Assembly (NCBI GenBank): GCA_004022145.1
Contig: RCNU01000001.1
DNA from: Paecilomyces variotii
Lineage: Eukaryota
Direction: 5' to 3' (one strand)
Length of the DNA: 64,000 nt
The position numbers were made by a program, and so were the translations under genes. Positions within the stretch are counted from its first letter, which is position 1. Every line of letters starts with the position of its first letter. This document shows, one piece after another, positions 24,791 through 36,900 of the stretch. The notes beneath the pieces are model-generated. The model was not told where the DNA came from. It ran no database searches and worked only from the letters and a program-made list of their open reading frames with translations.

Positions 24791-25680
24791 ATGACGGACC
24801 CAAGCCAAATGGACCCTTTCCTCCAGGTCCAAGCGTATGTTCTCCCCGTGGGCCAAGCTCCCGCATGCCTGTTGACATTGCTGCTACAGAGATGTCCTGG
24901 CGACGCTGCAGACCACTCGTCCCCTATTTTCTTCTTACCTTCGTATCCGCTCCCTCGCGACCTCACCTTCAAATCCGGAACTGCAGCAAGCACGGTCGGA
25001 ACTCGAGTCTACGCTTCAGGACCTCACTGCAGATCTGAGCGATCTAGTTGAGAGCGTCCGCGCCGTTGAACACGATCCTTACAGATATGGCCTTGAGTTG
25101 GACGAAGTGCAGCGTCGACGGCAGCTGGTGGAAGATGTTGGGTCAGAGGTTGAGAAGATGAGAGAGGAGTTGGAAAAGGCAGTAACTAGCGGTGCTGGGA
25201 AAGGAAGAGGTGCTGGATCGGAACTCCCGAATCCATCAGATTTCGACAACCTGTTATCCCCCGATGCTTCAGGAGAGGGAAGAGGAGAAGATTATTATTC
25301 ATCCATGGAACAGCAGCGGCAGCTCGAGCTCATGCAAGAGCAAGATGAGCAGTTGGATGGTGTTTTCCGCACGGTTGGAAACCTGCGACAGCAGGCCGAC
25401 GATATGGGCAGGGAGCTCGAGGAGCAAGGAGTCATGCTCGATGAAGTGGATACGCTGGCCGATCGCGTTGGAGGAAAGCTACAGAATGGACTGAGAAGGG
25501 TTAAACACATCGTGAGGAAGAACGAGGGTAAGCTTTGCGCCTCCGCGATTTTGATTATCAAATTGCGATATCTGAAACTAACAAACAATCCCGAAACTGG
25601 CAGATACAATGTCTTCCTTTTGCATAGCCGTCCTGATCTTCGTGCTCATACTATTACTCATCTTGGTGATTGTCATGTAA
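24791..25680 (+). CDS. tlg1: Syntaxin-6/Tlg1 Qc-SNARE (introns ~24835-24889 and ~25528-25603)
   Basis: DPFLQVQ N-terminus, DL.ESV...E.DP..YGL...EV.RRR, SNARE motif EQDEQLDGV..TVGNLRQQA..MGRELEEQ, and C-terminal TM 'SFCIAVLIFVLILLLILVIVM*'. Confidence 0.9.
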
Positions 25681-25754
25681 TATACAACGGAAAACAAAGG
25701 GGGGTTAACGACTTTTCAACGACGAGGGGGTATTCTTTCAAGGGCGGAAACGAT

Positions 25755-27237
25755 TCAGTTGCGAGCCTTCTTGCGAGGTCGCTCCTCCTCATCTTCCTTG
25801 TCGGCGTCCTCTTCGTCGAATTCATCATCATCGACATCGTCAATGTCGAAATCCGAGTCGAGATCCTCGGCCAGCTCGTACGATTGGACTACACTCACTA
25901 ATTAGATGCCGATCGCACAGCCGAATGAATTGCAGAACTCACCATAGTACTTGAGGGCGCCAGGCCACAGATCCTCCGCGATAGCAACTGCCAGATCCTC
26001 ACCATCGGGGAATATCTCAGCATCCTCCAGATCATCTTCTTCTTCGATGTCATCGTCATCTTCGTCATCCTCATCCTCCTCATCATCCTCCACCTTCTCT
26101 CCCTTAGCGATCTTAGCCCATCTCTCTTCCTCTTCCTTCTCAGCCTCCTTGGACTTCTCCGCAGAGACGTCCTTTCCGCGGTAGCCGAAGAAGGCGAAGA
26201 AGCTGACACCGGCCGGGCTGGTTGCGCCGATATCCTCATCATCGGCCTCCTCATCCTCACCGCCGGTGAGGGCATCAGCCTCGACCTCAGCAACCTTCTT
26301 CACAAGCTTCTCGTATTCGGGCAGCTTCTTCCTGTCACCACCGTGCTTCTTCTCTGCCTCAGCAAGGTCAACAGCGGCATCAAGCAGCCCCTTGGTCGGG
26401 TCCATGCCCTCCTTCCAGTTGATGCGGACGGGCTCAGAAACCAGGCCTTCCCAGGTCCTGCGCTTGCCCTTGGCGGTCTTGGTGACCTCCTTGCGCCAGT
26501 AGAAGTCCTTGACCAGCTTGGCGTTCTCAAAGAATCGGTTCGCCTCGCCGGTCTGAAACTCGAAGGTCAAGCGCACGCTGCGTGGCTCACCGTTGCCATT
26601 CTTGTCGACCTCGAAACGCTCGACAGTGAGGTTCTTCAGGGTCTCACCGATGATGGCGGCATCAGAGGGCAGGATGTAGTGGTCGATCTCCCCAGGAGCG
26701 TTGGAGAAGACGCGGGGCCAGAAGTCGGCATCCTGGAGCTCGGGGGTGTTGATGAGGGCATTGCGCTTCTCGTAGATCGGTTGTAGGAGAGGGACAGAGC
26801 GGCGCACTACCTTGAGACGTCAGTTTCACATCGCTAGACACCCGTAAATAGCGAGCGCATATTCTATATAGTCATTGTAGAGAATAGAACTCAAATCGAT
26901 GATGATTTTCGAATCCTTTTCCCCTCTGCGCGACGCGCATTGCGACAATTTTTTCCGACCGCGATCGCGATCGCGATCGCAAGAAAAGAATCGCGATAAC
27001 AAAACCACCACCGATAAGGAAGATACAAAGAACATCGAATATCCTCCATCAGAAAGCTAGAAGAAAAAAAAAAAAAAAAAAAAGGAACCACTTACGCTGT
27101 TCAACCTCCGCGCGGATGAATTCCTGTTCCAATTGCGCGATCTTGCGACCAGCTTCCTTGGGGATGGAAGGGAAATCGATGCGCTCGAAGAGCGACCGGG
27201 CCTCCTTCGACTCCTTTGCGACACCGTTGGACGCCAT
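25755..27237 (-). CDS. NAP-family histone chaperone (Vps75/SET-like); exons 27237-27096, 26806-~25943, ~25888-25755
   Basis: LEQEF..AEVEQ|LRR...PIYEKRNALI, FWPRV, FEF...N.FFEN..LVKDF, INWK, SFFAFF and IAEDLWP.ALKYY motifs. Acidic tail ending in NLS-like RPRKKARN*. Confidence 0.88.
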
Positions 27238-27326
27238 TATTTTTCCTCGACAATTTATTGATGATATCGGGGGTGGAATTAATCGAGTTAAGGAGGGGAG
27301 GAGTGTGTTAATGGGATAGAAGAAGA

Positions 27327-27329
<3 letters not shown>

Positions 27330-27363
<34 letters not shown>

Positions 27364-27404
27364 GGAGAGGTCGTAGGTAAGTAGACAGGTAGGTAGGTAG
27401 GTAG
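27330..27404 (+). repeat. (GA)n microsatellite and (AGGT)n tract in the 5' region of the NAP gene
   Basis: ~14 GA units at 27330-27358; GGTAGGTAGGTAGGTAG at ~27388-27404. Confidence 0.9.
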
Positions 27405-28341
27405 AAGCGCAATCGATATAAATTATAACCACACCTCTTGACCAGTAATAGGGCCAATTATTGAATTATTAACTAAGCTTACTGTTTAACTTAACTTAAC
27501 TAGTTCAAAAAAATCTGTTAACTAAAAAAAATTTTTTTTTTTCTTCTTTGCCTATGTTTCTGGTCCGAGTTCCCTAACCTAATTAAAAAAGGGAGGCGTG
27601 AGCGCGCGGGATGAGAACTTGATGGGGAACGTTTGCCCGGGCGTTGCTTGGTGAACGCGAAGGGGGGCAAAAAAGTCCGCGGGCAAAAGACAAGAACGGT
27701 AGATGGATTGAGGAGTATGTATTACCTACCTAATGAGATCTATTTATGAGGATCAACTATGAGATGATTAAGAATAAAGTGAGAATTAGCTACCTAACTA
27801 TATGATTACTGAGTTGGTGAGGGTTTTCTCTTTTGTTTTGATTATCTTTTTTTTGGTTTGTCGGGTGAGATGATAATCAGCTTTATTTAGGCTGTACCAC
27901 TTGCTGGTTGAGACGGCATTCGCCTCTTCTTGTTGCTGACTTTCAAAACAGGAATGTCTGTGCGGTTCAAAAAATGGGTTGGCTCCGTCGATCATAAGCA
28001 CTAGACTATCTATCTATTGGTGCTTTCTCGGGAGCACTTTCCTGGCGATATTCAAGCTATGAGATCTTTCTTGATACAGTTTATATGGAAGCGGAGCTAG
28101 CTTGTGCCTAGCTAGTGCCACAACTGCGAAATGGTTTGTATAAATGTTAACTTCTTGTATTACTTCCTAATATAGCGTCTCATAATCGTTGATAAAAATG
28201 ACATTCGTTGAATCGTCATCAGCGCTCGGCTTCACGTTGATACCCAATCTCTGGTCGATCGTCCCGTCCAGTTACCACGCGTTGGCTGTGACGCCAAAAT
28301 AGCTGCTGGTTAGATGTTTTGCCGGTGCAGTCTGTCTGGTG

Positions 28342-30057
28342 CTATGCCTTGTTGATGATATAGAACCCCGGCGCTGGAGCAATGAGAACAGAAATCATCG
28401 CTCCCGTCTGCAATAGATTGGTGATCGGGGAGAGGACCACAGATAGCAGGAGGTGCCACAGCATGGAAACCACGCCAATTCCCGGAGTGTCCATGTCCTC
28501 CATCAAGCAGGCAACGATGAGGCCATGGATATCGGCCGCGTGACTGAAGAGCAGCCACAGGAAAAACCAATATGGCACGGATATCGATCCACCTCGGACC
28601 AACGCGACAATTGGGCTGTAATAACTCTTATTAGCTGGAATGTCGCGGCTAGGATTACTAGAGATGGCACTTACTATATCAAGACCCAGAGCGGTACCAA
28701 GAGCGCTAGCAGAAGACCCATCTTGACAGAAAAACTGTCAATCGACCAAATCCCAGTGTACCATCTGCGCCGCTGCCGAATGAAATCATTCACAGTCTCC
28801 GGGGGCTGCTCTCGTGCAATGGCATGGATCCAACCAAACTTGTATCCTAGCCGTGTGGCCTATGAAGGAGACGACATCAGTAACATGAAACAAAAAGTAC
28901 GCAGATGCCGCTGTTCGAATTATACACTTACGTTGAAGGCAAACCAGAAGTCTTCTGCAGCACAGTTCGTGTCCCAAGTGACATTGTTCTCCACAGCTCC
29001 GTTGATGATGTTCCAGGAACCCTTCATCCAGCCAAGCAGAGGACGGTGGGATACTCTCATTGGGAGTTGGAAACGGCCCCAATCTTCTGATATTCTCGAG
29101 ATTTCTGCCACGGTCATCAACGTGTTCTGCCAGTGGTTACGACCATTGTAGAAAATGGTGCCCTTGGAAGACTTAGCATGGTTGGACAATAGGAGGTGCA
29201 TTCCAAACCTACCATTCCAATATCTTCCGATCCCCGTTCAATGAAATCTATACAAGTTTGTATGGCAAAATCGTCGAGTTCCGTCTCCTCATCGAGGTGC
29301 AGCACCCAGTCTTCCGCTGTTAGCTGACATTGGATACGATACCACTCCAGAGCCCGTGCTTTGTGTCTGGCAAAGTTCGCCTGGAATGATTTGGCATCGG
29401 GAACTCTATAGACATTGATGAAATGCGGCAGAGCTTTCCGGAATCGATCAGTCTCAGGGGCGTCCACCAAGACGTCGAAGATCAGTTGCGGATAGTGCCT
29501 CAGGTTGTGCCACGAAGCAGTCGAGTTAATGACTGTCTATACGGCGCAATGTGTTATTTGCTATCCCGTCACGATGTTCACGTCCATAGTGTCAACATAC
29601 TTGAAAGTTTGTCCCCTTGGTCACCAAGCATATCCTGATACTGCGAAAGGATCTTCTCTTCGGACTCCGGGCATAGGCAAAGGGTCGTGCTGGAAGGAGG
29701 AGACCCCACAAGGCGGCATATGGCGGGCGTTGGGTCAGCACCAGAGGTAAGAATGGGATTGACAGGATCAAACAGTCAACCGTCCACAGCGCATTTCGAT
29801 CGACAATTCGTTGCTGGAGTCCGGTGTAGACCGTCAGTTGATACAGAGCTGAAGTTTCAAATCAATGAACGTCCAAAAAGCCAGTGGTCCTCAGCGAGAG
29901 TCATTGATCAATTCCTCCGCCTGGAATTCAGCCTACCATATAGAAGTGCCGTGAAGGTCAAAGGAAAGATGATCCAATTATAATCCAAAACATTGAACAA
30001 TCTCCGCGAACGCCGTTGCAGGAATGAGGGGTTTACCCCCTTCTCAGAGAAGGCCAT
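28342..30057 (-). CDS. Glycosyltransferase family 2, egghead/BRE-3-like putative beta-1,4-mannosyltransferase (multi-exon)
   Basis: Reconstructed from ~6 exons: MAFSEKGV...YNWIIFPLTF; ICLVTKGTN; VPD..F...ARHKARALEW; WVLHLDEET (DxD-like); AE..R..EDWGRFQ; GSW..ING.VE..VTWD....EDFWFA; EQPP....DFIRQRRRWYTGIW; C-terminal GFYIINKA*. Confidence 0.8.
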
Positions 30058-32535
30058 TCCGAGCTTCCTGTCCTAGTTGAACGAAATGGTCCTCGATGCG
30101 AAAGGAAAGGCAGGATGCTCAGCAATAATTGCCTCGAGGCATCTAGAAACCTTCGACCTGTACTGAAGAGCGGGAGAAGAAAAGAACAGAAAAGAAAATA
30201 AAAGAAAGGAGAGAAAATCAGCAAAAAAAAATATCTCGGACTGAGGGGAGGGGCATTCTAGATTGTGGCCATCCAAGTAAACTAATCCAGAACAACGAGA
30301 CATACTACATCGAAAATGGCCATACTAGTTCACGGAACCAAGCCTCTCAGCATCAACGCGGAGAACTCGTGGTTCCCGATTTCCGGCACGTCCCGCAACT
30401 CTCCCAGAAAGACTACTAGCAAGGGAGCTTCTTGACCGCTGGGTGTAGCTTTCGAACGTTGGGTATATTATTCCCGCAACTGTAGCCGGCGTCGGGGACT
30501 GATTGCGTAGAAGCTACTAGAGTCTAGATCCAGAAGATCGACTTAGCGCCATCCAGCATGTCGACTAGATAGAACTATAGAACTACTCTAGATAAGTAGC
30601 TTAAGTGTCAGGCTGTAAGCGTGGTTCGCACAAAGGGCGGTGAGAGAAGTGGCAGAATTTCAGACTATCTATTATTCCCAAGCTTCGATTGTATTGATAC
30701 GTCCAGATAGATAGGTACACCTTTTAACTTATCTCGGTTTCATCTGTAGTTTTTATCTCCTAATTCTAACAACCATGGAAACCAAACTTTTTGATTTCCC
30801 CGATACCTTTTGTAATCGATCCTCGAACGAGAATCCAACATCTCAAGTCTGTACTTTCAGAAGATCACTAGCAGTTTCAGAGACGGAACATCTTGAAACT
30901 GATAGAGATGTAAGGATGAGACCGGCTTACAACAGACATGACCGTCTGGATTCGTAACGGCGAAGTTATAGACCATGAGCCTGAGATCGATAAGATCTCG
31001 AAAGATTCGATCGTTTGGATGGTGGTTGGTTGTCATATCTGATATATATATATATTTAAAACATACATATCAAAAACATCTTTCGTACTTTCTTATAGAG
31101 AATTGGCGTTCATATGATGCACAGTCGACCTGTTGAATATTAAATAGCACAGAAGCATAGTCTGATTTGAATTGTCTACTTGAATCTAGTCCTAGGGGGG
31201 ATTTGAAACCGCATTTATCTATTATAGCATACAAGGTATCTAGATACTGGTGATCCTTGTGGCAAGTAATCCGCCATAACTGCTCAATGCGGACTATTAC
31301 CATAGACTGCGGGATCAACCAACACAATCAACAGGTTTGATGGCGCGTTTCTGTGTATGAATGATATAATATCCATGGAACTTCTTTACGTCCATAGAGA
31401 AGATATATTGGATGAATATTAGTGACTAAGTAAGACATACACACCATTAACTTCTACCAACCTCCCGAAATGTAGATCATGTCGTCAGTTTTACTGCTAA
31501 AAGCGGAGCCTGATATGTATATTCTTTTCCAAATAGAGAAATAAGCTACTAAGATAAACACCTGTTATAGGATATGCCGGAACAATTATGTATGTAGTAA
31601 TGAAAACGATTCGTGATTTGGGTATCTTATTACCTAAGACAAATGATCTTCTCTTTTCCCCTCTCTCAATGTCGGAACAGCGTCTCGCGTTCAGTTCCAT
31701 CGGATGTGGTTGGATAACGAAAGCGAGACCGACCCAGCCTGAGAGAGTTGCCGCATAGGAGAGGGAGAAACAAGACAAAATCTTGGAATCAAGACTGCTA
31801 TTGCTCTGCTCATTAGCAGGACGGAACCACTGGTTCGTTTAGCAGACTGAGCCATGCGAATTTCCCCATATTTCCATCACATTAACCTATGTATATGTAT
31901 GTCTGAATGTATATCGTGGCCAAACAAACTGCCACACATGATGATTATGAGTCATTTCACGAGTTTCGTCCCAGAGAGGGGAGGTCTCATCAAACGCGCC
32001 GCCCGTGATGTAAAGGAAACAGGAGATGAAATGTAATGGGAAGAATAAGGATCGAAGAAAACATGAGAAAAGCGCCGATGAGGAATACATCGCTGATGGG
32101 GAATAATGCCGTGAATAATAACTTTTATTTTCTTGAGAGAGACGCTCTGCAGTGTCTCCTCGATGCGTCATGATAGGAGGGGAATTCATAACCTCCGTTT
32201 TCGTGCAAAATCGAGCATTAAACTTTTGGGATATGACGGAACCGTAATTCGATGGCATCTCTCCAGATGAGATCTGCGTCGACGACGGCAGAAAAGTGAT
32301 GGAGAGGTCGATAAGAAAAGTCGAGGAACTCGTATGAGAGAAAAGAGGAGGTAAGGTTGTGGGGTCGAAGGTGGAATGCAGAGAAAGGCCGAAGTCGGAG
32401 TCGCAGCCGAAGCACGCCGTACAGCCTGTCGCGCAAAAAAGTTGCGGCACGCGGTTCAGCACTCAGCAGTGACACGCGTCCGGCGACAGGCGGTCATATG
32501 TTGCAAAAAAAAGGAAACGGTGGACCAAGGTCGAC

Positions 32536-33658
32536 TCATAACATCCAGTCCAAGCCGTTTGCTTCTTCCTCCACCGGAAAGACCTCTCTTGCATACTCTT
32601 CCATGTCCCGCCAGCCCTGCCAGAGATGGCGCGCCTCATCTGTTAGTCGCATCGAGATCACTCCTCCTGGGCCCTGCATCATGCCTGCTCCTGCACCCTT
32701 TCCACCAAACGGGCCCAGTCCCTTGGGTGATCCAGCGGCTGGACGGGTGAATTCTTCCTGGGGGAAATACGGGGCATTGAGTTGGCCAAACAGCACCTCG
32801 ATCCCTTCCAGCTGTTCCTTGTAGCCAGCTGGGATGGGCACCTTGATCTCGATCTTTGGTACCTGCACATAGCGGCATCTTCGGTTGAGTGCGCGCGAAA
32901 AGGCCGCACATACTTGGTTTGGAGACAGAGTCTCGAAAGTCAGGGCAATCCTGTGTCACTGTTAGCTGTTCCGATCCCACAGGTATATCCATCGTCCACG
33001 GATATTGAACTCACCGATGGCCGTGCCATTTCTTTGGACCGTCCTTGAAGATCTGCAGGACAGCTGGGCCAACGTCATGCTCTGCGTCCAGCCAGGGTAG
33101 TGGTATATCCGGATGGAAAGGTGCCCGCCATTCGAAGCTGCCGTCTGGTTGTAGCTCCATCTGGAAGAGAGGGTATGGCAAGCTGGTGAAGTTGTTATTG
33201 TAGATGCCGGCGTAGACAAACGTCGCTGGTAGCCCTAGCTGCCGGACATAATTCTCGACGGTGAATTTGCACGCCCAGAGCGGGAGGCTAGGCCAGGGAC
33301 CATGTACTGAGTGATCTGGCATGCTGCTGTAGACGTAATGTTGGATGGTACCCGCCCGCTTTGCGGCATCTGCTAGGGCACGACCAATAGCAACCTCATC
33401 GCCCGCCTGCGAAGTTGTGTTGATGAAGGCCAGACTGGCGCCCCTGAAGAGGTCGTCCATGAGCTCGACATTGTTGAGCAAGGGACCTTGGATCAGAGTC
33501 ACATTGGGGAGACTCTGCAGTTCCTCCGCGATGATGCCTTTGAGCGAATGGACCTGAGCGCGAACCGCATATCCGACGGCGGAGGCGACACGGATCAATG
33601 AAGCCGCCTGGCGCCCAGTCGCATTGACTATGGCGATAGTCTTGCGTGGTTGTGTCAT
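32536..33658 (-). CDS. nmrA: Nitrogen metabolite repression regulator NmrA (intron 33014-32951)
   Basis: KTIAIVNATGRQAASLIRVA, AGTIQHYVYSSMPDH, YAGIYNNNFTSLPYPLF, LPWLDAEHDVGP and C-terminal YAREVFPVEEEANGLDWML closely match Aspergillus NmrA. Confidence 0.97.
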
Positions 33659-33920
33659 TCGGAAGGAGTATGTATAATGATCACAGAGGAATTGGCATCC
33701 ACCAGTGGTGAGGGGCAATGAGGGGTGGGAGGTGGATAACTCCCCGGGGAGTCAGCAAGCCAACAGAAACGCGACTGCAACAATAATGGCGGATATTTGT
33801 AGCGGCAGTAGATAGGCAGACAGATGGTTGGAATATAGATCGGGGAAAGAGGGAGCTTCGCGAGCGATGATGATGTCGCAATCGATCCGGCGGCCGGGAC
33901 TATTAAAAAGAGAAATGGCG

Positions 33921-33929
33921 ATGGTGCAA
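33921..33929 (-). promoter_or_regulatory. TTGCACCAT element (MeaB bZIP-type site) in the nmrA promoter
   Basis: ATGGTGCAA on + equals TTGCACCAT on the nmrA strand, ~263 bp upstream of the ATG. This 9-mer is the element described as conserved in Aspergillus nmrA promoters. Confidence 0.7.
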
Positions 33930-36900
33930 TATCAGCAAAGGGATTGCGCACCGTGTGGACGAGCTATAGCATCCACAACTCTCCAGCCTCAGATCGCTGC
34001 CAGGTGGAGAGCACCCGTGGAAAGCTTGAGACGGTTGACTGGACCAGAACGGCTTCCAGGGTCCGCCGTCCTAAACGTTGCTGCGGGCTGTGGTGGAGAG
34101 GCTGCAGGGCCAAGAGAGATGGAGAGAGAAGCGGAAACGAGGCTAGAGCTGGACGAGCGAGAATAAAAAACGTTCCATCCAACGTTGTTCTTGTCTTGTC
34201 TTGTCTTGTAATTAATGTCTGGTTCCGAGTATCCGCAATCCACTGGTTGGTGCCGGCACAGGACCAGAGAAAGAAAAAGTAGGGTAACGAGAGAGAGAAA
34301 AAAAATTCAATGTGCGCTTGTTGAGCTTGAATTTCCCGAGAGTTCGTTTCCTTCGTCTTTTTTTGCCTTTGCTCTCTCTCTGTCTTTCTAGTTTTGAGAT
34401 CAGGTACCGGTTCCAATAATATTCATCAAAGAACACTGCAGCATAGACCTTGCTGGAGAAAGAACTAGGTGATGGTTCTGAATCTGTCACGAGAACGCTC
34501 TGAGGAAAATCTGAGTGCGTCCTCGCGAAATCCGTCTGATAATGGACTGGGGAAGTGAAGTACCGTGGTGGTCAACTTGGCTGTTGCGTTTCTGTGTCTG
34601 TTTCTGGTGAGATCGCACTGGGCTCCGGTCAACGCATGAAACCCCAAAGCAATCAACCCGAACAATCCTGGGGGAGAAGCCGGCTGCGGGGTGGTTTCTT
34701 CTATTTATATAGTCTTTTTTTCAATAAGTGTGAACCTTGTTCGAGCTGGATCGACTGATCTGGATGTATTCGAACTTCGAAAGACCTCTTCAAGACTCTG
34801 GAGGACTGAGGCCAGGAAGCCCACCAGACAAGCAGCAGCAGTAGCAGGGCGATCAAGAGGCGTAATAACAATACAGCGGCGGGATGCGGCGGACTGGGAA
34901 AGCACCAGAAGTTTCGTATGGTCATCCAAGTTACGGAGCGTTCATGGCATGTTGCGTTGCTGCATCGGCTTCATCCATTGACCTGCTTTCTCTTTACGTA
35001 ACCCGACAGCGATGAGACGGGCGGTGCGAGGCAATCGAGAGGAGATCGGATAAATGTGATGATATTATGGATCATTATACTGTACTTCTGCTGCCCCTGT
35101 TGTTCTCATCCCAGGGGGGGTTCTCTGCTGTCTCTGCTGGATTTAGTTATCCGTGATGAGGGAGGCCAGAGAAGAGAAACGCAGTCGACAAAGAGACCTG
35201 GGGGAGGAAGACGGATAGCGTCCGGGATCGATCAGATCGTATGGACTCTCCCTCTTCCCCCCCAGTCTGCTGCAGAATTATCCGGCCCGAGGCCGTCCAG
35301 TCTCTCTAGCCTTGGATCCAAACGGAAAAGATAGTCTACAGCGCTTGAGAAGGGATCCAGCCACGGTGGAGTCGATGAGGGTGGAACCTTAAGCCATCTC
35401 CAGCAAAACAACGCACAAACCGTGATCCAGAGAGGATACCAGATCATCAATGCTCCTATACTACTCTACATAGTACAGGGACGAGGACCTGCAGGACGTT
35501 GTACGGGCTAGACCCCAAGGTGGTTTGATCCGTCAGGGATGTTGCACATCTCCTCAATAATATTAATATTACTCAGTGATAATATACTACACGGAGCAAT
35601 AATGCTGCTTCAGGGATTCACAAATACAGTTATGTACTGAAATTGATTATCGTGAGAAGCATCAGAATAATACCACCAGGCACCACCATCAGCGCAACTT
35701 TCTCTTCAAAGTCGAGTCGATGCTACATACTAAGTACACGGCTGCCAGGAGCGGGGTTCAACAGCAGTAGTTTACCATCCATGATATCTAGGCTCGTCTT
35801 TCTCTTTGCTTATCATTGCCCCTCATCCACCACCATTACCATCTGAGCACATGGCCCTGGCAGCATCTGGATGGATGATTGCACAATCGGAGTACAACGG
35901 ACGGGGTTTGCTGGCGCTTTCTTTGTTGGAGGATCGGGGTCTGCTGGAAGAAGGAATTGAATCCGTACAGTACTTAGCTTCCAACTGCCTAAGCGAGGCG
36001 GCGCAGACAAAAAGAATCATCTCGTCTAGAATCAATAATAACAATGTCATCCTGTAACTATCGAAGTTGAACCCCTACTCTAGTTAGTTATCGACCTCTC
36101 CAGGCCTTGGACTAAATAAATTTTCAAGGGCCAGCGGTGACCGCCGCCAAGAGCACGTTGCCTGCCCGGCGGAGACTCTGCTGTTCTTTTTTCTTCTTTT
36201 TTTCTTTCCCCTTTCCCGATGCTTCCAACTGTAAGTACTACTAGAGTACCTAAGTCGATGGAATTACTCTAGTTCCCTCCGAAGCGGTCAAGTGGTAGCC
36301 AATCTCTTGCCCCACGATGTTCTCCGGCACAAGGACGAAATCATCATCTCAGCTCCAGCTTACCCTCCCTCATGATTCCTCCTCTTTCTTGGTCTTCGCA
36401 CTCCCGCCTTCGCCCGCTTCTGGCATCGCTGGTGGGGCAATCCCGGCAGATTTTTTCGTTATCATTATCAACAATAATCAGACGCGATCCTATGAGGCTT
36501 CTCGCTTGCAGGTACCTTGGGCGGAGGGCGACGATGGTGTGTCCACTCGTCAAGTCAGGCTGGATCGTATAGAGTAGGAGATGATCGCTGGTGCCGGAGC
36601 CGAGGTGACGTGCTTTCTCTCCAGAAATCCCATGGCCTCTTCTTCCGCCATTTGGCCGCAATCGCATTTCAATAATAATAATAATAATAGATGTTGGTCG
36701 ATATCAATTCGCTCAACATCGCCAACATCCCGTCAGGTGATCTCGTCCTTCTGTCCGGACAGTCCTGTCCGAATGGAGCAATCCTACCCTGATGCACAAT
36801 TTCGTTTCACAGCGATCTATACTCAGACCACGAGGTTCGATACTGGGGAGACCTGGCCAAGAAGGTTGAGCCTTCTTAACTGGTATATGCCGTATATCCC

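Noticed and set aside
28453..29151. 232-aa plus-strand ORF
   Set aside because: Antisense shadow of the GT2 gene with no recognisable motifs.
33659..33718. 20-aa N-terminal extension of NmrA in the ORF track
   Set aside because: It begins at TTG; the ATG at 33658 matches the known NmrA N-terminus.
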